From a virus (lineage: Duplodnaviria > Heunggongvirae > Uroviricota > Caudoviricetes), in IMG/VR virus record IMGVR_UViG_3300027807_000001, positions 1 to 19,284 of that record: a stretch of 19,284 nucleotides of DNA; one strand, 5' to 3'. Shown here piece after piece: positions 15,435 to 19,284 of this stretch; position 1 is the first letter of the stretch; every line of letters starts with the position of its first letter. The notes beneath the pieces were generated by a model. It had not been told where the DNA came from, did not search any database, and saw nothing but the letters and a program-made list of their open reading frames with translations. The position numbers and the translations under genes are program-made.

Positions 15435-17249
15435 TTAAACGCCTATCTCGTCTGCAATTTTACTTTTTTGATCGCGCGCAGCTTCTAATTGCTCTCGAAC
15501 TTCTTCCATCCTCTTTTTCAAATCTCCTACGGCTTCTGCATCTGCATCCAGTAATTGCTTTTCTAGTTGGTTTAATTCATTTTTAAAGCGATTTTCATTC
15601 TCTTGGATAGCTTTAAACTCTTCCTTCTTTTCTAGATAGGCAGGTACCCCGTGCTCTAATTTATATCTGTTAGGGATCTTTTTGTTAGTATCCTGCTCAT
15701 GAGAGTATTTTGCATATTTACGAAAAACCGCAATTATAGCATCTCGGTATTTCTGATCATCTATAAGCTGGCCGTCTTTTTCTGCTAGCATCCTTCTGAG
15801 CTTTCCCTTCTGAGCAGCCTGCGCGGATTTGCGGTAATCTTGCAAGAACTTCAGCCACTGCATTCTCTTTGAGAAGCTTCCTGACTCAATCCATGACTTC
15901 ACGACTTCCTGAAAATCATTTGCATACTTCCACGCTCTTCGCGCTACCTCTTCTGGAGGCATACGTCCATGACTTTCCGCCATTTGTGCAATGTACTGAT
16001 CTACTTCTTCTAAAGGCAAATCAAAAAAACTACGGGATTCTCCTACCCGATCATTAAATAGTTGTTCAGATCCAGTGGTAGTACTCGCCAGTTTATCTCT
16101 TTCCTCAGGAGCCCATAAGTAAGGCTTACTTTTAAGTTCTTGATACTTTAATCTTCGTAATTTATTTAAAATTGGCTTGGCACTATCCTCTCCATTGATA
16201 TTACCATCTCCCGCCCCAATTTTGCCCAGGTCCTTTATTAAGTCAATTTCTTTTTGACATTCTTCAATAGAATTGTCCCGTGAGAGGGTGTCTTTAAGTA
16301 ACTCTTCGGTCGCCTTGTAGTTACTAGAGAGCTGCTTAAGTTCCTGTCTAAGCCCTGCTCGCCCATACGCCAAACTGCGAGGCATGTGCCTTCCAGGAAC
16401 TTGTTCAAAAGCTTCGCCAGGAGGACGTACAAGTGAAGTCTGGTACTTCTTTTTGATTTCGAGAAAAGAGTCTTTAGCTTCTTGAAAAAGATTCTTTTCA
16501 TGGATTAAAGCCGCCTCAAGAGCAGATTGATTTTCGGTATCCGCAGACTTTAATCGATTCTCAGCCTCTTGAACCGCTTTAGCCGCTTGATGTACTTTTT
16601 CGCTAGCAGCCTCGTAATCTTTTTCTAAATCTTCTGATTCTCTGAGCTTAGGAGGAACTCCGGGGCCCTTGCCACCAGGCACAGATACATCTGGGCTGCC
16701 ATTAGGCCCAACAGGAGCAGTACCTTCCGGAAGATCTTGGTAGATCCTTTCCATCCACTCTTGAGGGAATCCAACAGGCCAGGCTATTTCAGCCGAATTG
16801 GCCCAGGAAGTGAGACTTCCTACAAGATAGAGACCGTCTTCTTCCTCTAGATCGGGAGAACCTTCCTCTATATCCTCTCGGGTAGGCTCTTCATCTTTTT
16901 CGCTGTCGTCTACTTCATCAAAAACGGCAGGAGGGGAAGCAGCTGGTTGGTTTTCATCATCTGAAGGTATTGACTCATACTCTTCTCTAAGTTTAGAGAA
17001 GTCTTCAGATGATACGAGAGAGCGATAGGAATCTAAGTTTACGGCAACTAAGCTGCCCGGCGCATACGAAGGATCATAAGGAGTAAGATAACCTGGGGCA
17101 GTAAGTACACCGGAATCAGCAACTTCTAAAGTGACCTCGGAAGACTCCGAAGTAACAACTACTCCCCGGATATAGATTAATACTCCAGGCCCTTCCGATT
17201 TATCGATATAATAAACTTCTTGGCCCGGACTAAGTGTTTCTAGATCCAC
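15435..17249 (-). CDS. Hypothetical protein (604 aa), acidic linker plus coiled coils; possible internal head protein
   Basis: GTG start 5 nt after the upstream stop. Small beta-rich N-terminus, Asp/Glu-rich linker and several helical/coiled-coil segments. Confidence 0.8.
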   Translation of the reverse strand: MDLETLSPGQEVYYIDKSEGPGVLIYIRGVVVTSESSEVTLEVADSGVLTAPGYLTPYDPSYAPGSLVAVNLDSYRSLVSSEDFSKLREEYESIPSDDENQPAASPPAVFDEVDDSEKDEEPTREDIEEGSPDLEEEDGLYLVGSLTSWANSAEIAWPVGFPQEWMERIYQDLPEGTAPVGPNGSPDVSVPGGKGPGVPPKLRESEDLEKDYEAASEKVHQAAKAVQEAENRLKSADTENQSALEAALIHEKNLFQEAKDSFLEIKKKYQTSLVRPPGEAFEQVPGRHMPRSLAYGRAGLRQELKQLSSNYKATEELLKDTLSRDNSIEECQKEIDLIKDLGKIGAGDGNINGEDSAKPILNKLRRLKYQELKSKPYLWAPEERDKLASTTTGSEQLFNDRVGESRSFFDLPLEEVDQYIAQMAESHGRMPPEEVARRAWKYANDFQEVVKSWIESGSFSKRMQWLKFLQDYRKSAQAAQKGKLRRMLAEKDGQLIDDQKYRDAIIAVFRKYAKYSHEQDTNKKIPNRYKLEHGVPAYLEKKEEFKAIQENENRFKNELNQLEKQLLDADAEAVGDLKKRMEEVREQLEAARDQKSKIADEIGV

Positions 17250-17254
17250 TGAGC

Positions 17255-18427
17255 TTACTTTCCTTCTGCAGCCTCTTTCTTAAGGAGATCAGCTATCTCA
17301 TCTTCAGGAGAAGCTTCTGTGTCATTTCCGATAGGTGCCGTTTCCCCTTCCCCCGCTAATGGGAGAGATTCTTCAACTTTAGGTTCCTCATTAAGGAGGT
17401 CGTCTAGCTTTTTTTCTTCAGCGCTCTTCGGCTCTTCTTCTTTCGCTTTTTCTTTCTTGGGCCCTTCTTCAGACTTCTTACCCTTGCCCTTCCCTAAGTA
17501 ATCAAGAATTCTATCGAGTTCTTCGGGATGATTGGGATCAGAGAAATATCTCTCTACGACGGCAGCCGTCTTAATCCACTGACCAGTAACGCTATCATAG
17601 CTAATGCCGTAGTGGCTAGGATTGGGAGTTAGTGCTGCGCAGAGGATATTATATTCTTCTAATGGCATCCCTCCCACCATGAATGTTTCTCCACCAATTC
17701 TGCTGATCATCGCCGCATTGCGTACGATATTGCCGTCGGATGTTTGAGCTTTTCTCCAGTAACTTACAACAAAATTATCTGCACCGCAGTGTGGCCGGCT
17801 TGCTGTTGAGTAGACGTACTCGCCCTCTCTTACAGGTGCCGCCGAAACCTCTTGGCGGTCTACAAAGAGGTTAGTTAGGAAATCATCCGAGAAGGACACC
17901 ACGAGCTTTCCTTCTTTATTGATGACCTCCCACCCTTTTATAATTTCAGTATGTAAGGAAGAATTGGAGCGAGATCCAGTACCTTCACCAGGCGCCCCTA
18001 CCATTGGGTCTGATTGACCCTTGTATTCGTCGAATAGCTCTTCAACTTTAGCCTTGGCCTTGTCCGGATTAGTATCTACATAACTTTCTATCTGGCGCAG
18101 CTCTTTAAGCATATTACTAAAGACTACTTCCGCATCTTTGGCGGAAGCGAACTTTTTATAGAACTCTAAAACTGGCGGAGTTGTCCCCTCCCAGCCTAGT
18201 TGAACTACTGCGGTGCCACTTTCTGGATCTTCAAAGAACTCCGCCTTAAGTCGACGAACCATTGGTTGATCTGCTTTGCCAGGAGCAAAAGGGTCAACTA
18301 CTTTAAAGCCATGCTCCCGGGGACCATTTGAAGGAACAACGGCGGCCTCACCTGGAGTTGCTTCATCCGCAAGTGCCTGCCGAATCCACGTAGGAACTAA
18401 GTCTATCTTCTTAATAGATCGTGCCAT
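17255..18427 (-). CDS. Hypothetical protein (390 aa) with charged C-terminal tail
   Basis: ATG with AAGGGG RBS; tightly packed with its neighbours. Confidence 0.8.
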   Translation of the reverse strand: MARSIKKIDLVPTWIRQALADEATPGEAAVVPSNGPREHGFKVVDPFAPGKADQPMVRRLKAEFFEDPESGTAVVQLGWEGTTPPVLEFYKKFASAKDAEVVFSNMLKELRQIESYVDTNPDKAKAKVEELFDEYKGQSDPMVGAPGEGTGSRSNSSLHTEIIKGWEVINKEGKLVVSFSDDFLTNLFVDRQEVSAAPVREGEYVYSTASRPHCGADNFVVSYWRKAQTSDGNIVRNAAMISRIGGETFMVGGMPLEEYNILCAALTPNPSHYGISYDSVTGQWIKTAAVVERYFSDPNHPEELDRILDYLGKGKGKKSEEGPKKEKAKEEEPKSAEEKKLDDLLNEEPKVEESLPLAGEGETAPIGNDTEASPEDEIADLLKKEAAEGK

Positions 18428-18439
18428 TGTAGCGCCCCT

Positions 18440-19284
18440 TTAATAGCTGTTCTGCTTATATACTGGTTTAGCATAATCATTAGTACAGCGTTCAAATAGC
18501 CAGTAGCTCGCAGTATCGCGCTCTTTGCTTAGCTGTCCTTCTGATTTAGACGCGAGCTTAAAACGAAGACCATCTATTTCAACCACATCGCCAACCTTAA
18601 GGGAAGCAGGGAGAAAATCTTTCGGTAAGCGAACGACTTCCTGGAAACTATTATTGTTAGGAGACATCGGCGTTGCTTTCTTCTCAAGAGAAATATTCTT
18701 CTTTGTATTCTCTCCAACGCGCTCAGTCGCGACAACCTTAGCCTCTTTCAACATCGCCGGCAACTCCGCAAAGTCAGGAAGCTTCATGTTACTGCCGCTG
18801 ACATTGACCTTGAAAGGGACTAGCTTTATATCCTTTCCGTCAAGAACTTCTGCCTCAATAGTAATTTCGCCCATTCCCGAAGCAGGTTCCCATGTTGAAA
18901 CGGTGTTCTTAATTTTAACGTTACCCGTCCCCCGCTGTTTCCATGCATCTGTAAAAGCAGATAGCGCCCTCTGCGTCACACGAGACTTAAGATCATCATA
19001 GCTCTTTTGGGCTGCTTCTGCAGCCAATCTAGAAGAATCTGCAACTTTTGTTTTCCAGGTAATATCGTCTTCGTAGTCTGCAGGAAGTTCTCGGGTGTCC
19101 GCTTTAACAACAAAGCGAGCTTCTTCCGCAGCGAGTGCTTCAACAACCGTAGGTTCTGTAAATTCCCCAACAAAGTTTACGTCAGCTGACCAAGACACTG
19201 CCTCATCTTTTAGCATCTCTGCAAGGAGTGTTTTTTTGTCCGCAGCTTGGTACTCTTCTTTAGAGACTGCACCGATAGCTTCTA
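18440..19284 (-). CDS. 3' part of a hypothetical protein (>281 aa, starts beyond the right edge)
   Basis: The frame stays open upstream of ATG 19216 to the window end (EAIGAVSKEEYQAADKKTLLAE-MLKDE...). Confidence 0.8.
   Translation of the reverse strand, partial: EAIGAVSKEEYQAADKKTLLAEMLKDEAVSWSADVNFVGEFTEPTVVEALAAEEARFVVKADTRELPADYEDDITWKTKVADSSRLAAEAAQKSYDDLKSRVTQRALSAFTDAWKQRGTGNVKIKNTVSTWEPASGMGEITIEAEVLDGKDIKLVPFKVNVSGSNMKLPDFAELPAMLKEAKVVATERVGENTKKNISLEKKATPMSPNNNSFQEVVRLPKDFLPASLKVGDVVEIDGLRFKLASKSEGQLSKERDTASYWLFERCTNDYAKPVYKQNSY

Noticed and set aside
5761-17575. Recurring KTA/KKA tripeptides as a prohead-protease cleavage consensus
   Set aside because: Five KTA copies in four proteins is close to chance for such Lys/Ala-rich proteins. 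It would need homolog alignments or virion N-terminomics.

Overview
The window is a co-directional (all minus-strand) DNA-packaging and head-morphogenesis module of a large tailed phage (Caudoviricetes), with no host genes, RNA genes, CRISPR array or integrase. Read in transcription order (right to left): three large unknown proteins (one cut by the window edge), small virion-type ORFs, terminase large subunit, an 89-aa ORF, portal protein interrupted by a 419-aa LAGLIDADG intein, a Mu Com-like zinc-ribbon protein, two unknown ORFs, a likely promoter region, a 75-aa ORF coupled to a 968-aa prohead protease-scaffold fusion, a head decoration protein, the HK97-type major capsid protein, a 204-aa ORF, an ~881-aa pectate-lyase-like fibre protein and the start of another fibre-like ORF. 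The best leads are: (1) the portal intein begins with Met rather than Cys/Ser, lacks the block B Thr and lacks the class 3 WCT signature, so it fits no standard splicing class; (2) the fibre gene appears to start at ACG behind a perfect RBS; (3) a GT[C/A]G-TAnnnT candidate late-promoter motif precedes three structural gene blocks; (4) a candidate nested scaffold start lies inside the protease gene; (5) a Com-like RNA-binding regulator sits next to structured leaders. Family assignments come from motif recognition by eye; no database search was run.
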